Assembly: GCF_023055435.1 (NCBI RefSeq)
Contig: NW_025963909.1
Location: forward strand, 1-64,000
Source of the DNA: Haliotis rufescens
Lineage: Eukaryota
Direction of reading: 5' to 3'
Length of the DNA: 64,000 nucleotides
A program made the position numbers and the translations under genes. Below the pieces are notes generated by a model, which saw nothing but the letters and a program-made list of their open reading frames with translations, did no database searches and was not told where the DNA came from. Every line of letters starts with the position of its first letter. Within the stretch, counting starts at the first letter, position 1. This document shows positions 49,800-63,194 of this stretch, piece after piece.

Positions 49800-52700
49800 G
49801 TGCCCTTTTTGACCTAGATAGGTTAGAGGCCAATGCAAGGGAGGTGGAGCGAAGTCAGAAAGAGGTTGAACTGGCGGACAGGAAGTCCCACCACCTGCAA
49901 CAGAAGATACTCACTTTACAAGCTCGTCGGAACGAACTCCGCACCCAGCTGCCACAGGTTACATCTCAGGTGAAGAATGTGGAGTGATGTACCAACGTCA
50001 AACTAGTTATAGCTTCATTCATTGAATTTTAGCACCTGGCACAGATTAAAATCTGTTAAGATTTTCATGATCAGTGTTGTATGGACTTGTAACATTTACA
50101 ATATGGACACTGACTATTCAGTGTTGTTGTGTTGTTGTTGTTGGCTGGTGTGTTGCACACACTCGGTATCACTGTTGTTGTTGCAGCCTCCTGACCTGGA
50201 AGCCGCCACTAAAGAGGGCAAGAAACTGATGTCTGCCCTGAAGAAACTCCGGCAGCTACAGGAGATCCAGAAGCTCTACAGGCTGACAGGTGAGTCCATG
50301 CATGGTCAGCAACATACCCAGCAACATGCTCAGCAACAAACCCAGCAACATGCCCAGCAATATGCCCAGCAACATGCCCAGCAATATACCTAGCAACATG
50401 CTCAGCAACATACCCAGCAACATACCCAGGGATATGCCCAGCAACATGCCCAGCAACATGCCCAGCAACATGCTCAGCAATATGCCCAGCAAGATACCGA
50501 GCAACATGCTCAGCAACATGCTCAGCCACATACCAAGCAACACACCCAGCAACATGCCCAGCAACATGCTCAGCAACATGCCCAGCAACATACCCAGCAA
50601 CATGCTCAGCAACAAACCCAGCAACATGCCCAGCAATATGCCCAGCAACATGCCCAGCAATATGCCCAGCAACATGCCAAGCAACATACCCAGCAATATG
50701 CCCAGCAACATGCCAAGCAACATACCCAGCAACATGCCCAGCAACATACCCAGCAATATGCCAAGCAACATGCCAAGCAACATGTCCAGCTTCATTCCCA
50801 GCAACATGCCCAGCATCTGCCCAGCAATATGCCAAGCAGCATACCCAGCAACATGCCAAACAACATGCCCAGCAATATGCCAAGTAACAAGCCCAGCAAC
50901 ATGCCAAGCAACATGTCCAGCTTCATTCCCAGCAACATGCCCAGCATCTGCCCAGCAATATGCCTAGCAGCATACCAGCAACATGCCAAACAACATGCCC
51001 AGCAATATGCAAAGTAACAAGCCCAGCAATATGCCAAGCAACATGCCCAGCAACATACCCATCAATATGCCAAGCAACATGCCCAGCAACATGCCCAGCA
51101 TCATGCCCAGCAACATGCCCAGCAACATTCCCAGCATCATGCCCAGCAATATGCCAAGCAACATGTCCAGCAATATCCCCAGCAACAAACCAAGTACAAA
51201 TAAAGTTATAAAATGTTAATAAACATGATAAAGGAATAGCTTATCCCCACATTCAATGTGTTTCTTTAGATTTTTAATGTTTGTTTTAGTACTAAGCATG
51301 ACTGCTCTTCATTTCCATGTGCCAGCAAGTTGAACTTCCCTGTAGTGTATTCTGCACAGTGATGTATTGCTCCATACAAATCATGTGTCATGCACAGCAC
51401 TTCTCACACAAACCCTTTGTTGTATTTGCCTTTTGGTAACCTTATGGCGAGTGTGTTGGGTTTAACACCGTTTTGATCAGTATTTCAATCATAGCACCTC
51501 ATATCTGCTTCATGTGGAAGAAAGCCTGAAGTTAGATATATGTCACTTTGGTGAAAGCCATTAGCACCGGTATGGCACTGATTTACCTGGTGTCATAATA
51601 AGGATGAATTTGGAATGCAAACTCATTTCTGGCATGCCTGCCTAAGACCACAACCCTGCTCAGCCAATNNNNNNNNNNNNNNNNNNNNNNNNNNNNNNNN
51701 NNNNNNNNNNNNNNNNNNNNNNNNNNNNNNNNNNNNNNNNNNNNNNNNNNNNNNNNNNNNNNNNNNNNNNNNNNNNNNNNNNNNNNNNNNNNNNNNNNNN
51801 NNNNNNNNNNNNNNNNNNNNNNNNNNNNNNNNNNNTCATGAATAGTGCAGCAATAATTGTCATTTTATTTAGCAACTGATATTTTCACAAAAAGCACTTT
51901 AATGACATATTTTGGTTAGTGTCTACCTATATCAAGTGACCACCTCAGTGGTGTAGTGGATAGAGAGGAAGGTAGGTGGTTCGATACCCTGGTTAAGAGA
52001 CGTTAAAAGATGGTACTTGTTGTTACCCTGCCTTGCTTTTATGGCATAAACAAGGACTGGTCGGCTCGGAGTCAGTATACTGTGTCTGAGTGGGGTATTC
52101 ATGTTAATCTGTTGCATGGTATCTCAGTAGGCTAGCACTATAAAACAGCAATAAGTTTTGACTTGTACAAGTGAGTGAGTGAGTATGGTTTTACACCGCT
52201 TTTAGCAATATTCCAGCAATATCATGGTGGGGGACACCAGAAATGGGCTTCATACATTGTACCTATGTCGGGAATCGAACCCTGGTCTTCGGCTTGACAA
52301 GCGAAGGCTTTAACCACTAGGCTACCCGACCGCCTCTTGACTTGTACAAGCAGCCATTCACACATCCCTGTCGCTGTATAAGAGAAACACATTGGAATAT
52401 GACGTTAATCCCTATTTCACCTCACCTCAGCCCTATAAAGTAAAACACATCTAGCAAATATGCTATCTATTGTACAAGTTGTACTTACATTGATCATTTG
52501 ATTACATTGCTGTGAATATTATATCTGCAGGTGTTTCAGTTCAAGAAAAGACTGAGAACAAGCTTATGTTACGGTTTGACACCAGTTACAACCATGAATA
52601 TGTTGATGAACACTACATAGAGCTGATCCGCAGCAAGAAACAAGATGGCTACCAAGTGTCCCACCACACACTGCCAGCTTTCATACCCTTGTCCCAGCTT

Positions 52701-53889
52701 GAGGTACATCTGGAGACGGAGATCAAGGTCTTCGTGGACACAGTTAGGGAGTATCTGCAGGCATTTGTCATCCGGCGCGGCCAAGTCAAGATGTTGGAGG
52801 TGAGTTTAGTAAAAAAAGTTATTTTATGTTGTGAAACAATCTCATCAGTGCCGTAGCCAGCCGGGGGGCAGGGGGTCAGTTGCCCCCCCCTGGATTTTTT
52901 TATACAAAACAGTTTTATTTGAATCATGAAAATACAAGTTGTGGACAAGTGATACTTGTATAAATATTTGCCCCCCCTGTCAAAAAAAGTTAACTACGGC
53001 CTTGATCATTAAAATCAGATCTTTGCTTACGGGTCCAGTTAGAACGACCTTTTCATCCAACCAATCAGAGCTTTGCTTGCCAGATCGGGAAAGTGATAGT
53101 CGGAATATGTTTTCTAATCATGGAACCTTGAAAATGTTAACATGGGATATTCCGAACGACAGTTATTTGCTGTATGTCTATCTCTCGCTTCAATAGGATG
53201 GATATTTGAAACAGAGGAGACTTTCCATAGCCAGTGAGAAGTTCTGCCATACAATATCGGACATCTATTTTCTTTTGTTAAATTTTCAAATTTTGAATCG
53301 ATATTTTTAAAAGCATAGTCTTGAATGGAAGTCGCCATTTTGAATCAAGCACCATAAAGCTTGAGAAAGCGGCTATCTCACTGGATAACGTCAACTTCTA
53401 GTCAGTCATTTCATTGGTCTGTCCCAGTTTGCGAAAGGTCGTTCTGACGTGACTAGCAAGAACTGAGATCTGATTTTAATGAGATTGTGTTGTGAAATAT
53501 CATTCCTTTTGTTCTATGAGATCATAATGAGATCATGTTGTTGGATACACAGCGGGTTTAGTTCTCTCGATGGTAATTGTGAACCATTCATTATCACAAT
53601 TGTATCCAAATAGATACGGTTTAATGTACATAACTGAATAGGCCTGAGAAGAAATACCATATACAATTTACCATGAGAATAATTTGAAAACAATACCTTT
53701 TGCTATTTTGTTTTTAGACTGAACTGGCTGAAATTCTCCGAAGTGAGATTGAGACGAGTTTCCCGGTGGACTATGTGAGCATGTCTCTACAGTCAGCAGA
53801 CGATGTACCTATCAGAATAACACTGTGCTACACTGACCTGCGGTCTGCACACCCAGATAAAGCAGAGGTCAGCCCTATAGAGACTCCAG
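49800..53889 (+). CDS. CENPO: Centromere protein O (Mcm21) homologue; exons 49800-49969, 50187-50289, 52531-52799, 53718-53889; candidate first exon 46823-46829; last exon not located
   Basis: GALFDLDRLE, KLYRLTG, RFDTSY...HYIEL...HHTLPAFIPL...EYLQAFVIRRGQV, ITLCYTDLRSAHP; GT-AG junctions with compatible phases. Confidence 0.82.
50305..51192. repeat. Intronic 12-bp minisatellite
   Basis: (cccagcaacatg)n directly after donor ag|gtgagt at 50290. Confidence 0.93.
51938..52430 (+). mobile_element. SINE family A interrupted by a family B SINE (52172-52336, minus strand)
   Basis: 14-bp TSD ttgacttgtacaag at 52158-52171 and 52337-52350. Confidence 0.85.
52838..53489. mobile_element. MITE with TIR acaatctcattaaaatcagatct, whose left TIR is interrupted by a small gccgtag...ctacggc element
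   Basis: acaatctcat|insert|cattaaaatcagatct versus agatctgattttaatgagattgt; related sequence at ~17066-17510; the insert resembles 38584-38735. Confidence 0.6.
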
Positions 53890-53894
53890 GTAGG

Positions 53895-54830
53895 TTTTTA
53901 ATGCCGGGCCAGAATGGCCGAAGGGGAATTATGTCGTAGCGCAGTCCGTCCTTCCGTCTGTCCGTCTGCCTGTCTGTCCGTCCGTCCATCTGTCCATCCC
54001 ACAGAGGGTACTAAGCTTGTGAAATCAACTCCTCCTACAGTTTCCAGAGGATATCCCTGACACTCTACACACAAGAGGTCGACATGTTGATGATACGCAT
54101 ATCGCAGTCCCGTTTCATTTCGACTAATTTTGACAGAGTTACTGCCCCTGTTATATGGAGCTTCATTTGCCTAGTTGTGAGAGAGGGTACTAAGCTTGTA
54201 AAATCAACTTCTCCTACAGTTTCCAGAGAATATCCCTGACACTCTTTACAAAAGATGTCGACATGTTGATGATTCGCATATCGCAGTCCCTTTTCATTTC
54301 GACAAATTTTGACAGAGTTACTGCCCCTGTTTTACGGAGCTTCATTTGCCTAATTGTGAGAGAGGGTACTAAGCTTGTGAAATCAACTCCTCCTACAGTT
54401 AAAATGTGCACATGTTTAATATATCCATATCACAGTCACGTTTCATTTCTTTTCATGTTGAGAGAGTTGGTTTATGAAGCCTGATTTGCACAACTGTGAG
54501 AGAGGGTATACTGTTTTTGTGATGTCAACTCCTACATTTTTCAGGGAATATCCCTGATGCTCAAAACACATGCCGCTCTACACACAACATGTGCTATTTA
54601 TACACATATCGCAGTCGTTATAAAATTGATTTATTTTAACAGAGTTACTACCCTGGTTTATGATCCTCATTTTTGTCAACTGTAAGATTCTATGAAATCC
54701 AGAATTTTTTTTGGAAACAATACATTGGATGCATGTATGCTGTTAGTAAACATATGACGATGATGTTCCATTGCTATCAGTTTCAAAAGAATTCATGCGG
54801 GGGATGTTGTGCTCTCAGAGCACTCTTGTT
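53895..54830 (+). mobile_element. Non-autonomous Helentron/DINE-like element with internal ~180-bp tandem repeats
   Basis: T-rich start, (ccgt/ctgt)n microsatellite, ~180-bp repeats (agagggtactaagcttg...), terminal palindrome gtgctctcagagcac. Confidence 0.65.
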
Positions 54831-55104
54831 GCTGTAGTGAGGGTTTGTTGATGTGACCTTGACCTCTTGACCACTCAGATCAGGAAGATGTATCATCAGT
54901 CATATAGACTCCAGATAGGTTTTATTGAGGGTCTTTCAGACTTCCTATCTGGCCAACTTGATTAAGCAAAGTCCGGCCAAGTATGTTGTGTTGAATATTA
55001 CTCTGTGTGACCTTGCCTTCTGTTTGCACTCTGAGATGTAGCAGAGAACGGGGCAATGTTTTGTTCTGCTGGCAGTTATATACAGAACATCAGCAAAGCC
55101 AGTA

Positions 55105-55530
55105 CAGTCGTGCCTCGTTTATACGGACACTTGCGCCATTTCACAATTCGTCCGTATAAACGAATTTCCGTATAACTGAAACCAGCTTCTTACTGGAAGA
55201 GTTACTTCCCTTCAATTATGCAACTCATGACAGATGACAGAGGAAACAGATACATCCACTCAATGTTTATTCAAGACATACTCACTGTCACTTGGTTAAT
55301 TGACTTCTCATGAATCAAAGGATTACCACCAGCGGAAGTGTATTGTCTGGGTAAGTGAGACAATTTTGTGTGCATTTCAGTGTTTTGTGTATGAAAATGA
55401 CCATCCGGTTCCGGAAACTGAATTTCCGTATATACGGGTAAATTTATATAGTACTTATTTTGTTTTGAATGAAAATCGTCCGGGAACCGAGGTTTCCGGA
55501 TATCTGAAGTGTATTAGCGGGGCATGACTG
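55105..55530. mobile_element. pogo/Tigger-like MITE
   Basis: TA|cagtcgtgcctcg...gcggggcatgactg|TA termini. Confidence 0.7.
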
Positions 55531-56791
55531 TACTGTACACAGTGAAAAGCCATTATCTTAAGTATACATGTAAACTGCCTGATTTCACTTCATAAGGTTA
55601 GGAAATATTTCACTGACCATTGCAAAATCTAGTATCATTTTTGTGAAGGAAGACACTAACGGAATTCGATATAAGCTGCATATTTGTGTAAAATATTCAT
55701 TAAAGAAACTGAAATACACAGACACACCAAATCAAACCCGCAACAAAAACTATAAATACGCTATTGAAATAAAACTAATGCATATATTACAATTATTAGA
55801 TACAACGTTTACATAAATTACAACTGTTAGATAAAATGAATTCGCTTATGACAGTTACATTCAGAAAAGCTTGTGAGACAAACAAACTCAAATACTGATA
55901 GATGCCAATTGAAAAGCACATTGTGTCTAGTCAATGTATCTTAAACAGTCGTTGATTGGTGATTTAAAAAATAGCGCCTTTCCAACAATACTATGTTTTG
56001 CAAACAAAAATGGCTTCTCGGAGAAGGAGCTGCAAGCAGACAGACAGGTATGCTCCAATTCATTTAGTTTTAAATGATTTACAGGGATTGTTACAAAACA
56101 GGTTTTCAAGTTAAAATACCCAAATGTCAAGAAACAGGTGGGTAAAAAACAATTGAATACCCTCTAAAAAGTATGGATACCCAAACCAAATCAAACCCCT
56201 GGGTAAAATACCCAAATAACCAAAAGCTTATCTATAGCTGTGCACTGAGACATGATATTGCATCAGTACTCATGCCGATAAAAAACACTTGGTTAACATA
56301 TCAGATAACCTTTTAGTGGAGAATAAAACTAGGTTTACACTTTCAGGATGCTAAGAAATGTTGTTTTGTAAAAAAGGAAACATTTTATTTTCATTTTTTA
56401 CAAGGAAAGCTGATTTTGCACTTAAAGATTTCAACATCTCTCAACTTCTTGTACTTGTAGGCTGAGTGCAGTAAATTAAGATGAATGTGACAATGACAAT
56501 GTCAATAATACAAGCTGTCTCAATATATCTCCACTGCTAGTTAGACACTAAGTGTTTCTTGTATCCGTGGTTACTAAAGGAGATTTCTGATCATATAGAA
56601 TGTGTTTGGATGTTATTATGCCATAAATGATGTTTTGCAGCTAGCAGTAATGATGTGCTATAAAACACTTCACATCAATATCTGTGCTGAGCATTCTGGG
56701 CTGGCAAGAGGTGTTGTAAATCTTTCAAGTACTTCGTGGGTTTTATGGGCTCCTGGGTAGTTTTTGTTAACCCTATCTCAGTGGTGATCGA

Positions 56792-59010
56792 CTGTCTCCG
56801 TGGTCTAGAGGATAAAGCGTTTGCCTCCGTGATCTAGAGGACAAAGCGTCTGCCTCTGTGGTCCAGACGATGAAGGGTCTGTCGCCATGGTCTAGAAAAT
56901 AAAGCGTCTGTCTCCATGGTCTAGAGGATAAAGCTTCTACCTTTGTGGTCTAGAGGACAAAGTGTCTGCCTCCATTGTCTAGAGAATAAAGCGTCTGCCT
57001 CCATAGTCCAGAGGATAAAGCATCTGCCTCTGTGGTCTAGAGGATAAAGCATCTGCCTCTGTGGTCTAGAGGACAAAGCTTCTGCCTCCCTGGTCTAGAG
57101 GATAAAGCATCTGCCTCTGTGGTCTAGAGGATAAAGCATCTGCCTCCGTGGTCTAGAGGATAAAGCTTCTGCCTCCCTGGTCTAGAGGACAAAGCGTCTG
57201 CCTCTGTGGTCTAGAGGATAAAGCTTCTGCCTCCATGGTCTAGAGGATAAAGCTTCTGCCTCCCTGGTCTAGAGGACAAAGCGTCTGCCTCTGTGGTCTA
57301 GAGGGTAAAGAGTCTGCCTCCGTGGTCTAGAGGATAAAGCATCTGCCTCCGTGGTCTAGAGGATAAAGCTTCTGTCTTCATTGTCTAGAGGATAAAGCAT
57401 CTGTGTCCGTGGTCTAGAGGATAAAGCTTCTGCCTCCATGGTCTAGAGGATAAAGCTTCTGCCTCCCTGGTCTAGAGGACAAAGCGTCTGCCTCTGTGGT
57501 CTAGAGGGTAAAGAGTCTGCCTCCCTGGTCTAGAGGATAAAGCATCTGCCTCCATGGTCTAGAGGATAAAGCTTCTGTCTCTGTGGTCTAGAGGATAAAG
57601 CATCTGTGTCCGTGGTCTAGAGGATAAAGCTTCTACCTTTGTGGTCTAGAGGACAAAGTGTCTGCCTCCATTGTCTAGAGAATAAAGCGTCTGCCTCCAT
57701 AGTCCAGAGGATAAAGCATCTGCCTCTGTGGTCTAGAGGATAAAGCGTCTGTCTTCATGGTCTAGAGGATAAAGCGTCTGTCTCTATGGTCTAGAGGATA
57801 AAGCTTCTGTCTCTGTGGTCTAGAGGATAAAGCATCTGTGTCCGTGGTCTAGAGGATAAAGCGTCTGCCTCCATGGTCTAGAGGATAAAGTGTCTGCCTC
57901 TGTGGTCTAGAGGATAAAGCGTCTGCCTCCCTGGTCTAGAGGATAAAGCATCTGTTGACGTGGTCTAGAGGATAAAGTGTCTGTCTCCGTGGTCTAGAGG
58001 ATAAAGCATCTGCCTCTGTGGTCTAGAGGACAAAGCGTCTGCCTCTGTGGTCTAGAGGACAAAGCATCTGCCTCTGTGGTCTAGAGGATAAAGCATCTGC
58101 CTCTGTGGTCTAGAGGACAAAGCGTCTGTCTCTGTGGTCTAGAGGATAATGCATCTGCCTCTGTGGTCTAGAGGATAAAGCCTCTGCCTCCGTGGTCTAG
58201 AGGATAAAGCATCTGCCTCTGTGGTCTAGAGGACAAAGCGTCTGCCTCCCTGGTCTAGAGGATAACGCATCTGCCTCCTTGGCCTAGAGGACAAAGCGTC
58301 TGTCTCCCTGGTCTAGAGGATAATGCATCTGCCTCCTTGGCCTAGAGGACAAAGCGTCTGCCTCCATGGTCTAGAGGATAAAGCATCTGTTGCCGTGGTC
58401 TAGAGGATAAAGTGTCTGTCTCCGTGGTCTAGAGGATAAAGCTTCTGCCCCCCTGGTCTAGAGGACACAGCGTGTGCCTCTGGTCTAGAGGATAAAGCAT
58501 CTGCCTCCTTGGTCTAGAGGATAAAGCATCTATCAGCGTGGTCTAGATGATAGAGCGTCAGTCGCCATGGTCTAGAGGATAAAGTGTCTGTCTCTGTGGT
58601 CTAGAGGATAAAGCTTCTGCCTCCCTGGTCTAGAGGATAATGCGTCTGCCTCCTTGGCCAAGAGGACAAAGCATCTGCCTCCATGGTCTAGAGGATAAAG
58701 CGTCTGCCTCCATGGTCTAGAGGATAAAGCATCTGTTGCCGTGGTCTAGAGGATAAAGCTTCTGCCTCCCTGGTCTAGAGGACACAGCGTCTGCCTCTGG
58801 TCTAGAGGATAAAGCATCTGCCTCCGTGGTCTAGAGGATAAAGCATCTGTTGCCGTGGTCTAGAGGATAGAGTGTCTATCTCCGTGGTCTAGAGAATAAA
58901 GCTTCTGCCTCCCTGGTCTAGAGGACACAGCGTCTGCCTCTGGTCTAGAGGATAAAGCGTCTGCATCCGTGGTCTAGAGGAGAAAGCATCTATCAGCGTG
59001 GTCTAGAGGA
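56792..59010 (+). repeat. 29-bp satellite (~75 copies) derived from the family A SINE head
   Basis: (gcctccgtggtctagaggataaagcgtct)n running directly into the SINE B box and body at ~59020-59260. Confidence 0.93.
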
Positions 59011-61565
59011 CAGGAGGAAAAAGCGTTTGCCTGGAGAGCAGAGGGTCGGTGGTTCAATCCCAGGCCATGTCATACCAAAAGACATTAAAAGATAGTACTT
59101 CTTGTTACCGCGCCGGGCACTCTGTATCAAGAGGGTAAAAAAAGGACTGGTCGGCTTGGAGTCAGTATGCTCTGTTTGAGTGGGGTATGCATGTTAAACT
59201 CTGTGTCTCAGTGGGCTAGCACTATAAAACCTGCATTATGTACACGGACGCATGCATGCACACAAAAATTCAAGTAATATTATGTTCTTTTTGTTTATGT
59301 GTACCAGTAGCTATCTATTTTGTGCTGAATTTGGTGTCTGGGAAAGTTCAGACATGTACGTAAGACATTGACAGCCCAAGAGCATCAGGGTACATAAATG
59401 ATACGTACAGTGATACGTTCTGTAATACGTTCAGATACATAGTGGTACATGCAGTAATACTTAGTGGTTATTACATGGCAGTTTTCATGTCATACCCCAA
59501 ATCAGCCTTAAACCCCGGAGGCCAGATTGGTGGGTTGAGGGTTGATATGGGTATGATACGAAAACTGACATATAAGAACAATTTTATCATATACCATAAC
59601 ATTAAATTGTATCTAGTCGCAAGTGACTGCCGGGTCGTGTGTTCAAGACGCGGTATGTTTAAAGATATTTTTATATAAAAAAATGGAAATACAAGCAAAA
59701 TGTGCAGCGGAGTTTATGATGATGCAGCGGTGCCTGAGAACCAAGACTTATTTTTTAAGCCTAATGGTACACACAGTGCTGCATATTTTATTCTATACAG
59801 TAGTACATAAGGTGATATGTACGGTGGTACATACATTGATACGCACAGTGATACAGAGCAAAGAAAAACAATCCGATCATTTGCCATGTGTGACTTTCTT
59901 ATGGACTCACAAAGAGGGCAATACTATAATACATATAATAAATGTTATATTTGGGAAAACACTTTCTTAGTTGAGTACAGATTCTCGTACTTTTTTTTCT
60001 TTTTTCTTTTTTTTTTGGGGTGGGGAGGGGGGTTGTTCATAATGAAATACTTGTTTGTGAACAAATCCAACAGTAGTAATGGGAATCCATATCAGCAGTC
60101 AACAAGACTAAACAGGAATGGTGTCTGTAGGGCAGTGCATTGGCAAAAACATTGTATTGCTACAATATAAGTTGTAGCAGGATCCCGACAAGAAGTAACA
60201 AGGTAATAATTTAAGTCATACATTCTAATGGACGTCCTTTACAACACAACCAAATAAAACACGAAAACAATTATGCCACTACAAGTAAATATGATAAATC
60301 TTCTGATTGACTCAGTAACTAAGGACTTTGTTTCATATTTAATGGTGTTATTTGTACTGGAAAGTGGATATACTGTGAATTTCTTGCAGGCCGCTATATT
60401 CCTTTTGTACGATAGAACAATTTTCCGTTTCCATTCGTTAATTCACAAGAATGTCTACGAATACATATAGTTACTTATATGTTATAGATGTCCATTAACA
60501 AATCAAGAAAACTTACATAACTGAACATTTGTAAATAAGGGTTGGACAACTGATTAGTCAAGTCCAGAAAATCTCGCATGTAAATCTTCAAATCTTGCAC
60601 AGTCTCGCACGAAAGTATCGTTTGGTCTCAAGGCCCATCCCTCTGTTTATGGTCTCTATTCCAGGCAATCTGAAAAGACATGACTCAATACTATCCGATG
60701 TCAAGATACCGTCCCCACTAGTCAAGCATTTTGCTCTGGGCCTTTTGACTAGCCTGTGGTTCAGTACACATTAACATTATCGACTAATAGCTCATGGAAT
60801 ATACATGTACTATGGTAGTCAAGAGGATGGATATTTCCAGGGTTGCAACTTGACCTGAATTTTCACTTGCCTGAATAGTGATTACATATTGGGACACCCC
60901 TAAAAAATCTGAAATTATGCTAATCTTCAGGATAACTTAATATGTGTGAGGGAACAAATTTAGATTCATATCATTTCAAACTACTCATTTCCATTTCCAA
61001 CTTCTTATGATGTGCAAGTGATCATCACCTCCATGATTTTGAGGCAACTTTGTTTCAGATTGTTGTGACTTAGCTCTATTTCTCCTCGTCATGAAGATAA
61101 CACAATGTGTTTGGAGTCGTGACTCACTTAGGGTTAATACCCTTCATAGATAGCTCATGATCGAACAGGACATGCATCCTTTATATTATCAGGTGAGTTT
61201 CAACAATGACATATTGTCAATTCCACAGACTGAACCTTTACAGGAGGAATATCGTCAATTGTTTCTTGGTCTGTGTTTTCACTCGTGCCCCTGTTGGGGT
61301 TACGCTATATCATAAACAGATAAAGTAGTACTAAGCCTTACCAAGGACCATGAAGTGGCCAAGGACACTGTCACATTGACTTTTACGATGTTACTAAGCT
61401 GCCATGACGGTAGTGTCCTACAGCCAGTCACCAGTGGATCATGGAAGGCATCTGCAGCATCTTGACTTTAGGAGGGTGATAACGCTGTTTGTGTTTCTGT
61501 GCCAAGTGGAAACAGGCTTGTCGGATTCCTTTTTGGTCTGATATAGTGAGATTCAGGTCTTCACG

Positions 61566-62798
61566 ATGGTAGTTCTGGAGAATTTGGAGCACCTCGGATC
61601 TAGGGGGGAGGAAGGAGACATAGTTCGTGTTGGCCTGAATGACGCTGTGGCATTGAATATTGACAGTATGGACTACAGTGCCAGGGTTGTGGGCTATCTC
61701 ATTCTTGTGCCATTTATTTGCATTTTTGGCATAATTGGTAACATTGTGAATATTCTGATCCTCCACAAGGGACCGTTCTCTGGAGCTGCGTATGTGTACT
61801 TAAAAGGCTTGGCATTCTATGACATGCTGAGTTTGATTTTCATTCTGCCAATTTGTGCAATCCGTTGCCCAGTGTGTTCTGTGGCAGAGCGCTCCTGGAG
61901 TGTTTACGAGGCGTACATCTATATTCCCGTTGGTGACATATTTATCAAGGCCAGTGTTGTGACAACGGTTGTCTTCACCATCGAACGCTGTCTCATGATT
62001 TGTTTCAACAATCATTTCCGTTTTGAGGTTAAAAAGACAAAGTCGGCCATAGTAACCGTTTCGCTTATTGGTTTTTTTTGCACAGTGGAAAACATTCCAA
62101 CATTCTGGATGTATCACATCAGCATAAATGGATCCATTGTCCAGACTGATTTTGCAAGTTCAACATTTTTTGCTTTTTATGGATGGCTTGATGCTGTACT
62201 CTTCCAGTTTATTCCAATGATTGTGTTGTTCATATTCAATATCATACTAATAATCTACCTCAGGAAACATCGTCTGGTTCAGCGCGACCTTCAAACTCCG
62301 ACCCAGATTGCCAAAAAAAAATACAACCTTGAACAGACACGTATGATTTTCTTGCTTATAGGTATTATTGTGTTATTTTTCTCAACCATGGTACCAAGTT
62401 CGGTGATGCAGCTGATTGGCTACAGTATACAGTTTGGTTCGGATGTCTTCACCAAGTTTCAAGTCACAACAACTGTTCTCATAGCATTAAACTTCTCATG
62501 CAATTTCCTTTTATATTGTGCCATCAACAAAAGGTTTTGGATGACCTTCAAGAGGATTTGCTGCTGTTGCTGCCAGAATCGAATTCATCCGGTGATGGAT
62601 GCTGTTGTGGCAGAGCAAGCTGTTGTGACCAGACTAAGATTTTCTTATGCCAGGAACAGGACAGAGTTTTCCAGGGGAGCCAGTGCTTTAACAACAGGGA
62701 TGACTCTCACCACTGATATTTCCCGATCCAGGCCAAATCCAGAACTTGTAGAACCTGTCTCAGAATGTGATAAAGAAAATAGTGACGCGAGTAGATAG
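61566..62798 (+). CDS. Class A (rhodopsin-like) peptide GPCR, FMRFamide/sex-peptide-receptor-like, single coding exon
   Basis: Seven hydrophobic segments; GIIGN, LAFYD, FTIERC, FIP, NFSCNFLLYC; C-terminal Cys cluster. Confidence 0.9.
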   Translation: MVVLENLEHLGSRGEEGDIVRVGLNDAVALNIDSMDYSARVVGYLILVPFICIFGIIGNIVNILILHKGPFSGAAYVYLKGLAFYDMLSLIFILPICAIRCPVCSVAERSWSVYEAYIYIPVGDIFIKASVVTTVVFTIERCLMICFNNHFRFEVKKTKSAIVTVSLIGFFCTVENIPTFWMYHISINGSIVQTDFASSTFFAFYGWLDAVLFQFIPMIVLFIFNIILIIYLRKHRLVQRDLQTPTQIAKKKYNLEQTRMIFLLIGIIVLFFSTMVPSSVMQLIGYSIQFGSDVFTKFQVTTTVLIALNFSCNFLLYCAINKRFWMTFKRICCCCCQNRIHPVMDAVVAEQAVVTRLRFSYARNRTEFSRGASALTTGMTLTTDISRSRPNPELVEPVSECDKENSDASR

Positions 62799-63194
62799 GT
62801 GCAGTTTGAGAAGCTGGTTTAGAGAATCTGATGGCTTTGTCCGATGCAGGTATTTCTACATCTGGAGCAGAACAGTCCTCTTCAGAACTATGTGACAAAA
62901 CTGGACAAATGTTATTTGTGAATGTTTAACAAAAGAACAACTTACTTTCTGCAATGTGGTTATTGAAAAGTGAAAGAGATTCATTTTTATATAGAATGTT
63001 TTACAAGTGAAAAATGTATAATCACACCTCCATACTGAGACGTTGTTCAGATACAGTTGTTGTTATTCAGCAGAGTCCGTTTTATTGAATGTGAACACTG
63101 AAGGGAACACAACACAACCATAAGTGGTTGCAACGTGATGTAACTTCCAACTCAAGAAGACTGACCATCTCAGGGGTAGTCACTTGGAAGTGAA

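Noticed and set aside
50209-51219. Long (PSNM)n / (LLGM)n ORFs
   Set aside because: 12-bp intronic minisatellite open in several frames, downstream of a canonical donor site
56792-59010. CRISPR-like regular array
   Set aside because: Head-to-tail repeats with no unique spacers, no cas genes, eukaryotic context
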